Of a stretch of 64,000 nucleotides of DNA, positions 24,401 to 36,400 are shown in pieces. Position numbers and translations under genes: made by a program. The notes under the pieces are model-generated. The model was not told the DNA's origin. It made no database searches and saw only the letters and a list, made by a program, of their open reading frames with translations. Position 1 is the first letter of the stretch, and every line of letters begins with the position of its first letter. This DNA is from Lingula anatina (taxonomy: Eukaryota; Animalia; Brachiopoda): contig CM120649.1 of assembly GCA_051362555.1 (NCBI GenBank), positions 9,362,001-9,426,000 of the forward strand. The letters are read 5' to 3'.

Positions 24401-27400
24401 TCATTTAATATCACAATGTTATATTGTAATGGTGCACGTGCTTAACTAACCAGAAAAACATAAATTATGTGCTTACACCAAGTTAAAATTACCAAAAATT
24501 GTCCCAAACTGTCACCCAACTGTCTCTAACCAATTAAGGGACCCGCCATTTTGAAAAAGTCCGATGAAAAGTTGTCTATTTGAAACGATGTTTTTCATCT
24601 AAAGGATTGATTCATTTAATACCAGAGTGATGTATTGTAATGGTGCACGTGCTTAACTAACCAGAAAAACATAAATTATATGCATACATCACGTTAAAAT
24701 TACCAAAAATTGTCCCAAACTGTCACCCAACTGTCTCTTACCAATTTAGGAACCCGCCATTTTGAAAAAGTCCGATGAAAAGTTGTCTATTTGAAACGAT
24801 GTTTTTCATCTAAAGGATTGATTCATTTAATACCAAAGTGATGTATTGTAATGATGCATGTGCTTAACTAGCTAGAAAAACATAAATTATGTGCATACAT
24901 CACGCACTTAAGAAGAAAAAAGTCCTAAACATAGAGGTCCCGCTGAATCGGCCTCAGATCTTCGAGGTAACGCTGCTTTCTGCACAGACAAATTTGACTG
25001 ACAGCCACCGTATGAACATAAAACAATGCTCAAAGCAGATTATCAACTCTCACTCACCTTTATATCGCTCGACTTGGCGTTTTTCTAAGTATACCTTCCA
25101 AATATTCGCATTAAACATGAATAAATCAAGACGTATACGCACTGGTTCAGCTTCTCCATCTTGAGTCACGCGGAGGCGAGCGGAGGATTAGACCAGTTAC
25201 GAGGATCGAATTTCAAAGGACGCCGCTTTGAAAAGAATGCTGCGATCTGATTGGACGAGAGAGATAATTGATGTCCTGTTTCTACTCCTTCTCATTATAA
25301 CTTCTTGATCTGTATCATTAGCTTGCACATAATCTACTATCTGTAAAGCTTTACTTGCCGGAAGACTGAATGAGTAATTTGTTGGATTCAGATCTACCCG
25401 CTCACCTTCCGTGGGCCCTGGAATGCGGAGCTGAGGTTGACTTCTCATCCCATTGCTTGTGCCTGCCTGGTTTCCAATCAGGTTTGCTAGTCTCTCGTTC
25501 AGATCATCCCCAGTCTGCAATCTGGCCTCCGTGTCTCTGCTCTGTGCCTGTTGAAGCTCGGCGTTGGGACCTCCTTTCCATCCGTTATTGTCCTCAATCG
25601 CTGCCTCCAGTAACCTCCTCTCTGCCAGGAGTTGAATATTCAGAGCTCCTATATCATCTGCCTTCAACAACTTCAAGGCTCTCTCTGAGGTGAAGCCATT
25701 TTGGGCTAGTATGGCTTTTGTTGACTCCCCCAGGCCGTATTTCCCACAGAAATCATTTAACTTCGACATGATGGCAGTCTCCGACGCTTCTGTTGTTCGG
25801 TTTACGTTCAATTCGCCGTTCTCCTCTTCCAATACTCCCGGGGCCACTGCCTGTGCTATATTCATTAAATACGTATCCCAGGATAAATCGTCTACTCTGG
25901 TCCTACCGTCGCTCATATCATTCACCGTTGATCACAAAAGTCTAATACTGCTTCGCTATACTCATGCTTAACCTCCCGCCGCTGCTTCGCAAATGCCGTT
26001 TAAACCTGGTGCTGTGATCACTAACCACCACTGCGCATGTCGGCCCGCGTATCGGTACAGAGATTGTGGCGCCACCTGCCCAATGCCCGGATGTATTAAA
26101 CTAAGCTTAACTCCCGAACTGCACACGCGCCGTAGTATTTGTGTTTTACGCCATTTCAATTGAAATTAACAATAACTTGCCATCTTGACGAGTGCCTCAT
26201 GGCTGGAATTCACCAAAGCCTTCCAGCAACCCCCAACATTTTCATATGCCACAAATGCATTATAGTATGTTTTAATGAAAAATGGTCAAAATTAGTTTAT
26301 TATCAACACAAAGTAATTTTGATGTTACACAAATAGTACATGTTAGAGGTTGTAATCCAGTGGGAGTGCAAACACTTGAAACTTGCTAGCTGCTACTCAG
26401 TCTCTTCTGCATGGAAAAAAATGACTTCCTAGTCCGGACTCCGTGAAATCAAAATCTAAAATAATAATATTAATACAAAACTGTAAACAGTAAGTGTAAG
26501 TGACAACATCAATAACACTGTTCAACAGGTTAGTGCACTGATTGGGTTCAAGCTATCTGAAAAAAGAAGAATCTCATATCATGATGTTGACCTCAGTCCC
26601 ATGCTTTTGACGCTGTTCATTTTCTTAACAAGAATAAATAATAGAATGTCTACATACCTTTCTCACTATCTTGGCTACTAATATTAGTACCAAGTGTTCT
26701 TGAGAAAGGAATCGGGTGTCAAAATAATAACAGTAAACATTCTCCCTGACCTGTTCACACATGCTTGGCAGCATGGACTGCTATCTTGAGAACTGTGTGC
26801 ATATTGCAATCAATAGAGCAACGACAGCCTTTGTAATGTTGGGAGCAGGGAGAATCCCCAAACCAAACTCATATAAACAGCAGCTTTTTTCTTCCTTTTA
26901 ATTTGCTGGTAAGGATTTATAATAATGATTTTATTTTAAATTATAGTCTGAATTATCTTAAGTGCATTTCATACCTTTTGGGCATGTTTAATGTGGCAAG
27001 TCGTTTGTTTGCAGTACTTGCAAAACGGTGTTAATTCTTGCTGTGGTTAGTTGGTGAGTGATATTTCTGACTACCAGGGTGAGTGTAGTGAAATGTACTG
27101 TATATTTCTGACTACCAGCTAGGGTGTGTGTAATGTTCTAAATATTTCCAATTCCCATTGTGTGGGTAGTGAATTGTAATGTTTATTCCCGACTTCCAGG
27201 GTGTGCGTAATGTAGCATGCAGTATATTTTTTAATCCTAGATTGTGTGCAGTGTAATATACTGTATATTTCTGACTCCTAGGGTGAAGTAGAACAGATAG
27301 CAATGATGAAACCCAAAGCACTAACAGAGCATGATGAAGGGATGTTAGAGTTTCTGGAAGACATAGTAGGCAGCAGCCGCTTCAAGGAACCCATTGACCT

Positions 27401-30400
27401 TCTCAGCAAGAGGGTGGAAGAGTTAAATGAACTCAGGGCAGAGAAGGTAGATACTGTTTCTTGATTTTGTGTTGATGTATTGTGCCTTAATTTGGTAATA
27501 ATGTTTGGAGTGGTACGCAGTAGTCGTGTTAGGAGTTGAACACAGATGTCTTGTTTGGGAGTGGTAAGCATAAGACATGTTTGGTGAAATATTTTACTTT
27601 TCTCTAAAAGAGAGACAGGATAACAAAAAACCTGGTTCACTTCTAATTTTACATAATTCAAAGTGTTTAATTCATATTTTTTCCTATTTTTTGGAGATTT
27701 TCCTATTTTCTTGAAAATTTCCTTTTTTTATGTACAGACACAGATGTGTCTGTACATATTGCCATCACCTGCATCTGTCGTAGCCGTCGCTGTCGCCGAT
27801 GCCAATGCTGTTGCCGGCACCGTGCACTTTCAGCGTAAACACGATAAGTGGAACACAGTTTTACGTTTTGGTTTTATATTTACAGAGCTGATGAATATTC
27901 ATAAAACGCAGGTCAAGTTCGAAAATCAGCATGATCGGGCCACTATAGTAGAAGTTATGCTGTTTTTTCACTTTTCAGCATATATGCAACCCTGTAAACA
28001 CATTTTAAGGAAAACCGTTAGGCCTGTTGTCATGAAACTCACAGGAGTAATCATTCTTACTAAAACAAAGGTCAAGTTCGAAAATCGGCATGATTGGGCC
28101 ACTATTTTAGAAGTTATGCTGTTTTTTCACATTTCCTGAGATTCAATTCTTAGGCATGTTAACAGTCTCATTATTGAACTAATAAGATACGTAAAAGTGT
28201 TTGTTTTCCTGCATTTTTACAATATTGTTAGTTGATTATGTAAAAATTATGGTAAACTTGTTATCGTGTTTTGTGTAATAAAGTGTCAAAAATGGAAATA
28301 AACTCATATTATTGCAGTTTGTCAGATTCAATCATCCACTATGTTCAGAATCTCAGAATGGAGGAAATTGGACATTTAACACTGTTCTATTGATATTTTT
28401 ACAATCTCATCAATTTTCTTAGTTGATCATATAAAAATTGCAGTAAACTGTTTATTTTGTTTTATGTTAAAAAAGTGTTAAAAATGGAAATAAACCCATT
28501 TCAGAACAGTGCTGTCTTGTTTACATTTTGGCATTTTCAAGGTGTGACTTTGAAGTTCCATTGGCCTGAAGACCTTTGCTAGTCAAGTTTTCTGAATGTC
28601 CATGTTACTAATATTTTATTATTAAAAATTGATGGTCATTATGCTGTTAAACATTATGTAATGTTGCATCAAAATTTGAAGAAACCCATATTTTGGGCAC
28701 TGCTCCCATGATGACCATTTAAAGAAAACAATGTCACTTACTGTTCTCAAACTTACAGGAAAGAAACATGGGACTAAAATACAGCTTCAGTAGGCAATGC
28801 AGTCTGTTTGGTAAATTTTTCTGGCAATTAAACAGTTTTTTGTGAAAATTTAATTTTTCACATATTGGCATTTTCAAGGTGTGACTTAGAACCTCCACGG
28901 GCTTGAAGACTCATGATAGTCACATTTTCTGAAAATCCATGATACATTTATTTTATTATTAAAAATTATTGGTCATTATGCTGTTAAGCATTATGTAATG
29001 TTGCATCAAAATAGAAGAAAACACAATTTTGGGTGCTGCTGCCATGATGACCATTATGGGAAAACCATGTTACTTATGACTGTCAAACTTTCAAAAAAGA
29101 AACACAGGACTAAAATGCAGCCTGAGCTGGAAAAGCAGTCTAATTGGCTTCTTTTTCTGGAAGTTATACATTTAAGTGAAATGTTCATTATTATTATTGT
29201 TTTGGCATATTCATTGTGGGACTCAGAGCTCCCATGGATATGAAGCTGAATGGTAATCAAGTTTTCTACATTTCCATGCTATTTTTAGTCAATTATCAAA
29301 AATTGGTGATAATTATTCTGTTATTTATTATGTAATGTTATATCAAAATTGACAAAAATCTTTTTGCACTGCTATTACAAATATTATGAAAAGAATACTG
29401 TGTTACTTATAATTATTTTTAACTTACAAGTATGATTTTTAGGATTGGCATGCAGTTCAAATTAGAAAGCCAGCTCAATTGGGTTATCATTTATTATTGA
29501 ATTTATGCAGTTTTGTGTGAAATTTTCATTTTTCTCATTCTGGCATTTTCAAAGTGTGAACTTGAACTCCCATTGGCCTGAAGCCTTATGCTTGTTACAC
29601 ATTTTACTTACATCAGTATTACCTGTTGAGCATAATTAAAATTGGATGTTGAATTTGCAGTTAACCATAATGTACTTTTGCGTCAGAATTGACAGTAGCC
29701 TATTTTGTGCATTGTTATTTTCTGCTTTTTGTCTGTACATTTGACAGCTTTGCTGCCTTGTTTTTTTACCCTGTTTACACTACAGTAATTAATTCGAATA
29801 AAGTGCAAATTAGGTCCCGATTTGAATAATTGTAGAAGTCTGAATGCGTGAGGATATTTGTTAACCAGTTTCGCATAATCCTGCTATCGAGCTGGATTTT
29901 CTTCAGCGATTCGAAAAACTTACTGAAACCGTCACATGTACAGATCTTGCATGCAAGCAATGTGTAAAATGAGTAAAGCAGTGTTTTACAAAATTGTTAA
30001 TCTGTGTCAGAATGGCAAATTGTCAACAGAATCAATGCCCTTAGCAAACACCAAATCGGTTTTAGCAGGTTAGAATACCAGATGACCTCTGAGGAAGCTA
30101 CTGTACACAGCAAAACGTTGTTTGTTTCTCTGATGCACTGTCTGTGGACTCTGACCATTTCTGGGTAGAACACTGTAACTGCGTGGCTTTTTTTTATTGA
30201 GGTCAGATTTTACCTATACTGCTCAACTAGTCAAAACAGAGTATACAGACATCCTGAAGGGGTTGAAGGGACAAAGTGTGTGCCACGTCTTGACACTACT
30301 GCATCTGATTTGGTCTTAAAGTGCAATTTCAGATCACACATTATCTTACACGGTCTTAATTATTACAGTTAAATTCTTAAAATGGATTGAATCTGCTTTT

Positions 30401-33400
30401 AAGGTAGCAATTAACAGGGGTAGCTATCTTCTAAACCGGCCAAGATATACCAACATGTTACATATCAATAGAAAGCTTATTTCGACAGCTTTTCATTTCA
30501 TATCCTTATTTTATTATGTAATCGTTACGTAATGAGATATTATGCTTAATAGGTGTGCTCAACATGATCTTTACACCTTAAAAACTAGAAGTCCACTACA
30601 AATGGACATGTGTAGACAGCTTGCCTCGTGAGCCCTCACTGGGATCAAGAAGAATGCGCCTGAAATTAGCAATATGTGTTAAATTAGCAGAGATATCAAA
30701 ATAAACCTGTTTTCCAGTTCAACGCAACCCCCTAGCCTAACTAAAGCACACGTAAGTTGAAAAAAGAGCTGATGTTATGAAATCCCAGCCACACATTTTC
30801 AGACAAACCTTAGATCTAACGAATGAATGCCAGCTTTCATCGGTTGAGAGTTCTAATTAATTTTGACACTGCTCTAAATCGTTGTCTTGAAGCCATAAAC
30901 TGAAGTGGAGAAATCAGCCTTTTAGTGCTCCCCAGAGATTCCAACATTATATAATCAGTGAGCTGCATTGGCAAGCTGAGAAATTTAGTTATTTATACTG
31001 GTTCAGCCCTCTACTCACTGCCTATGTAACTGTCACTATGTCTTTCATCCATTTTCAACATTATTATTGAACATTTTCAACCGGAGGCCCCCTCCATGCA
31101 TTGACAACAGCCACCATGTTAGTCGTGACATCAGCCTTCTTCACCACGTGACACCTAGGGGGAGTGCCTTTGCCCATATACGTCTCATCTATATGTCTGC
31201 TTTTTAGAGCTTTAGTAGATCGTCAGAATTAAGTTCACTGATAAATTCAAAATGAAAAGTATTGTTTGGCAAGTGAAAGCGGGAGGTTACTCTCAGAATG
31301 TGAAAGGCTTAGCAGCAATCTAGTACGGGAAATATACAGCTGCACAGTGGAGCTGCCAATCAAACACATATATGGACAAGTGTGACCTACTTTAAAACTC
31401 AGACATGCTACCACAGGGGTAAATCAGCAATTAGGCTAAAATTACGGGTTTATTTGTAAACTTCCATTATTTTAAGATGGGCTGATATGTAGTTGATATT
31501 TCATCTATTTAATACTGACAAATTCAGAAAAACACCTACATTTTGGCCATTTACTGTTAATTGCATCCTTAAAATCAAAAATAATCTTACATCTACTAAG
31601 TGGTCAAGCAGTTTCCTTGCTTCACAATGGGGGATACCTCTCCTCACAATGGAGAACACCTCTGCTGCCAATAGGAGAACGTGTTAAGGGAGACAATTGC
31701 ATAACAACTTAATGTTAAGTCAGTCCAGTAATGATCTTACTCATGATTTAAGATCATGTAAGATTATTTATAATCTGAAATTGTACTTTAAGACCAAATC
31801 AGGTGCACTAGTTTAAGTGGCTAAGGTCACTGACAGCGTCAGTATTTGGAGTGGTTACCACTTGGTGCCAAAACACCAATGGTAGGCATTGATGAAAACC
31901 TGAACCACATCCAATAAAAGAATAATTTGGGAACCACTTCACTATCATTTGATAGGTGGCACCTTGGGAACAATTTTAGGTTGCACGATGAGATTGCCAC
32001 TTCACATTTTTAATAGCAGATAACTTACGGAACCAAGGGAATGAGCAGCTACCTTGGTCATCGCCATATTTGAACCACATAGACAAGATGTAAGTAGGTC
32101 ATTACTTGCTGAATCAATGACCTGCATTTTCTACAACAAAACTGAACCAAATAGGACAAGTTTTGACCTATGCCTGGAATGTTATTCCAGTTTAAACTCC
32201 CAAAAACCTATACCAAGGAATGCCTTGCCATTTGAGCAAGCCAAAGTGTCAGGGCACTATAAAGCTAGCTTGCTCTCTATAACTTTTCGATACAGAGGGG
32301 AAAAAAAGACATTTGCTCCTGAAGATATAAACACAATACACGTGTTTGCCATGTGCCAAGTTTGACAGCTACCTGTATGTCCGATACCACTATAAGGACT
32401 GTGCAATGACTACACTAAAAGTCAGTTTTTAAAGCAGAAAGGTGCTTTAGTTGTGGCACTGATTTTAGATTGCAAAGTATTCTTAGTTCAAACTTAAAAC
32501 TCCGCATCTTTGCTTCTTTGTCTTGTCTGCACAAGATGACATCAGCGCTAGGCGGAAAAGGCAGCTCCAGGCGGGACAGAGCAGTGATATTCTAGACACG
32601 ACTAGGCATGACTTCCAAATATGGAAGCACCCCAGGCAAAAGTTTCCTGAACAAGCCTCCAGTCAGCTGCTGGTATCTAGAGTCAGTATTGCTGATATGG
32701 GTTATATATGGAATCGAGATCAAGCTGGCAATACTGAAATCTAGAATCTAGGGTACCATGATGACAATCAAAGGAAAACCATGTTACTTATTTTTAAATT
32801 ATTGGTTTTCTTTTTATCAAGAGCTTATAAAATATGCGGGTATTACCTCCAATATTTCTGTGACTGTCAGTCACCATCATCAGGGAGTAAATGACTAGGG
32901 TCATTTCACCTGGAATGAAAATCCAGGTCAGTTGCCCCTAATCACTGGCCTTGTGTTGTAACTGTAACATCCCCCCAGACAGTCACAGAAATATTGGAGG
33001 TAATACCTGCATAATTTATAAGCTCTTGATAAAAAGAAAACCAATAATTTAAATTTCATACGTACAGACCTAATGAAACTGTTCTCTCATGTTACTTATG
33101 ATTCTCAAACTTGCAAAGAAGAAGCATGGGACTAAAGTGTAGCCTGAGATGGAAAGCAGTCTAATTGGTTTATTTTTCTGGAAGTTATACATTTTTGTGA
33201 AATTTTCATTTTCATTTTCATCATTTTTGAGCTTGTCATATCGAATGTCTGTCAGATTTTTTTTGCCTTTGTGAAGCATGGAAGTCATATTTGGAGTGGT
33301 ATGCAGTAGTGGTCTTTTGGAGTGGTATTCAGTATTCATTAGTAGTGTTTTGAAGTGAAACGCAGCAGTTGTGTTTGGATAAGTGTGCAGTGTTTTATGT

Positions 33401-36400
33401 GATGGTTGTGTTTTGGAATGGTATGCATTAGTTATGTTTGGAGTTGTGTTTGGAGTGGTACACAGAATCTCAATTTTAGAGTAGTAAGCAATAGTCGTGT
33501 TTTGAAGTGTATGCAGTAGTTGTGCTTGGAGTGGTATGCAATAGTGGTGTTTGGTGTGTACTGTGTAGATACCCTTAGTTCTCATCCAGTTTATGTGTTC
33601 TAGTTAAACAGAGTGAAGGCTGTGGAAAAGGACAAGGATGACCTGCAGGGGGACAGGGACCTAGCAGTACAGTACCTACAGATGGAGAATGATATCACTA
33701 GGCAGAAGAATGTGGCTTATCAGCTTTACATGTAAGACAAATGCTGGAAGGTCTTTCAAGTAAAAATGAAAATGCAAACATTGTGTGGATAGTAAGGTCT
33801 GCTAAATATGGCCATGATAAAGTTTGGTCAATGAATATGTAGATTGAGTTATTTCTAATAAATAAAGCATGAAAAATCTAGAAGAAATATTCAGAAATAA
33901 ATAGCTATGATCCCTTGGTTAACTATCTTGATAATCTCTCCTGTTGCCACGTTTCAGTCTCGAGACCAGTGGCAACATGGAGAGGGCCCAGGCCAAGTGT
34001 GATGAAGTAGGGGCAGGCCTGAAGCACTATGAAGAGAGAATTCAGGCCATCAGGGACCAGAATAAAGAGAAAAAAAATGAGCATGAGAAACTGTTTAAGT
34101 AAGTTGGCATGACTTAATATTTGGTTTAGTTGATTTTTATTATCCACCTATTCTAGTCCCTTATATCTCCAAAACTGGCAGAGTTAGGCCCATAGTTACT
34201 ACTGAACTTGAATAAGAAGTCATATACTGGCAATCCAACTATGATATTGAAATTGACCTTTGACCTTCTTTTCGCCATGAACCGCACTTCACAAATTTGG
34301 ATTTTAACTTTTACTTTTCCCCATGATTTTGTTTTAAATGGATATTTTCAACAAAAGTATTGAGAACTTTTGTTTACTGCATTTTGTAGAGCTTGTCAAG
34401 CACAACACTGGAGGTGGTGTCTCATTTTTTGCTTTTCCATACAAATGTGCTTACTCCAGCTGGTGGTACAATACCCGGAGGTGGTATCGACTCTCTCATC
34501 CTCTAGTTTTTATCCAGTTCTCTGAGTGGAATCAAATAGACCCCAGTTGTTATGTTGCTCTTCTGTCAGTTAATTGTGTCCCATTGTTATCTCGCAAATG
34601 CCATAGCAAAATGAGCAGTTAGTAAAGGAAGAGAGCAATGACATGATCTAGTTTTAGGCATCATTGTTCTATGTATATAGGCCTACTTTTATGAAGTTAT
34701 ATCCTTTTATGATTATGACCCCATTCCCATAGATTTTAGATCGATCTATCCCTGTGGGGAGTCTCACTAGATTACTGTCAGCTTAGCCAGCTTAAGCGCC
34801 TGCCCCGCCTACTAAAAGCTGTAAGGGGGTAATTAACTATGGTGCGTGCTCGGCTGACTGCAATTTAGCGTGAACCCCCAGGGAGTTAGTTCGATTTAAA
34901 TCTAAATCTCTGGATTGATCTTAATCTCTGGGAATGCACCCTATGATGGTTATTCAATGTTGTGTGCATTGACTGCTGCAGGCATTATGAAGAGCTGTGT
35001 AAGAAATGTGATGATTGTAAGAAGAAGTTTGATGCCCTGGAAACTAAGGATGTTAAGAACCGAGAGGACCTAAAGCATGCCAAAGGCAAAGCAAAGAAAC
35101 TTGGCAAGGCAGAGGAAGCAGAGAGACACAGGGTAAGAACCAGGACAGGCTGATGGCACAGATTTCGGTGCCTTGGAATGCACACACACACACAAAAAGT
35201 GCGGTTTGCAAAAAAATTTAACTTCAAATAATACATGAAGATAAAACAGGCTTCATTACACCAATAAGAAAAAAAGCATGGGATTTCAAACGTCATTGTA
35301 AAAAGACTTCAGCATTTAGCCTGAACCTTTATAATCAGGACTTTTGCAATTCTTTTAGAATGTATACAGGCTTCTGGTCATACTCTTACTCCATATGGAT
35401 GTAAAACCTGAAATATGTTACTTTAATTTCATTAATCTTTGAATCTTTGGTGGTCAATGTTGTTTGTAGCTTGAGGAGCTGAGACAGGTACCAGAGAAGA
35501 GCCAACAGGACATTGAGACCAACAGCAAGTGGCTGGAGAAGCTGGAGGAGGTGAAGGCAGAGGTGGAGGCCAAGATGGCAGAGATCCATGGCAAGGTGAA
35601 GGAGGAAACGGCAGGACTTCAAGGGGAGAAGGAGATCAAGGAGACCGAGCTGATGGAACTTCAGAAAAATGTCAATGAAACCAAGTCAAAGGTAGTATAA
35701 CACAAGTCAGAGCTGGCCCCCGTTTCACAAAAAAACTTAAGTCGGTTTCCCTGACTAAGAGCATGGTTACCAATGTAATTAAGTCGTAACGTCACTAAGT
35801 CCCGTTTCACAAAGAATCTAAAAGGTCGCTTACGTCGTTTTTTTCTTAGCTGCTAGTCAACTATGTCTAGCCTCCTCCATAGGAGACTTAAGTCAGCAAG
35901 CTCATCTAAAAGTCAGTAAATTACAGCATAAACAACAAAAAATTGGAAAGAACATACCTCCTTCACGATATAGTGTTATAATGTCCTTGAATAGCACTGA
36001 CATTTATTGAATATATAGATAAAAAATAAAATACACCTTCACCCAGCCGATTTTTTTGACCGCTAGATGTGCAACAGCAGTATCCCAAGACAAGCTAATG
36101 TTTTACTTTGTTTATGTTTTGACTGATCTTTATTGTTGATAAACGATCATTCTCGGCCGAAAGAGGTCATGAAACGTCATGTCTTGTGAAACTTCAGAAA
36201 TTTTACACCTCCTTTTCTCGAAGAGTTTCGCGTGCGCGTCGACTACGGAAAGCACACCAAGCTCAAACGTTTGATTCTTTGTGAAACACTCCTAGTCGAC
36301 TGCAGTGCAGTCGACCTAGCTAGGTCACTCAGCTCGAGCTAGTCAACTACGGATTTAAGATTCTTTGTGAAACGGGGGCCTGGACATTTTTATATCTGAG

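Larger units (their letters stand above)
19079..26171 (-). mobile_element. Ngaro-type (DIRS order) tyrosine-recombinase retrotransposon with split direct repeats
   Basis: In element orientation: A1 (25930-26171), gag, RT/RH, YR, B1 (19568-19708), A2 (19326-19567), spacer, B2 (19079-19219). A = 242 bp and B = 141 bp; copies look identical by eye; no TSD. Confidence 0.95.

Noticed and set aside
27278-27661. Minus-strand ORFs overlapping exons (also 17967, 34985, 35386, 39375, 42470, 56291, 57980)
   Set aside because: Antisense shadows of SMC4 coding exons.
27663-28139. 158-aa ORF (and similar ORFs at 56892, 57186, 41873, 33070)
   Set aside because: Chance open frames in HINE or minisatellite repeats, not preserved between sibling copies.
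30080-30135. Hammerhead ribozyme-like core CTGAGGA-AGCT...AGC-AAAACGTT
   Set aside because: The required GAAA reads AAAA and stem I is unconvincing; at most a decayed Penelope-type remnant.
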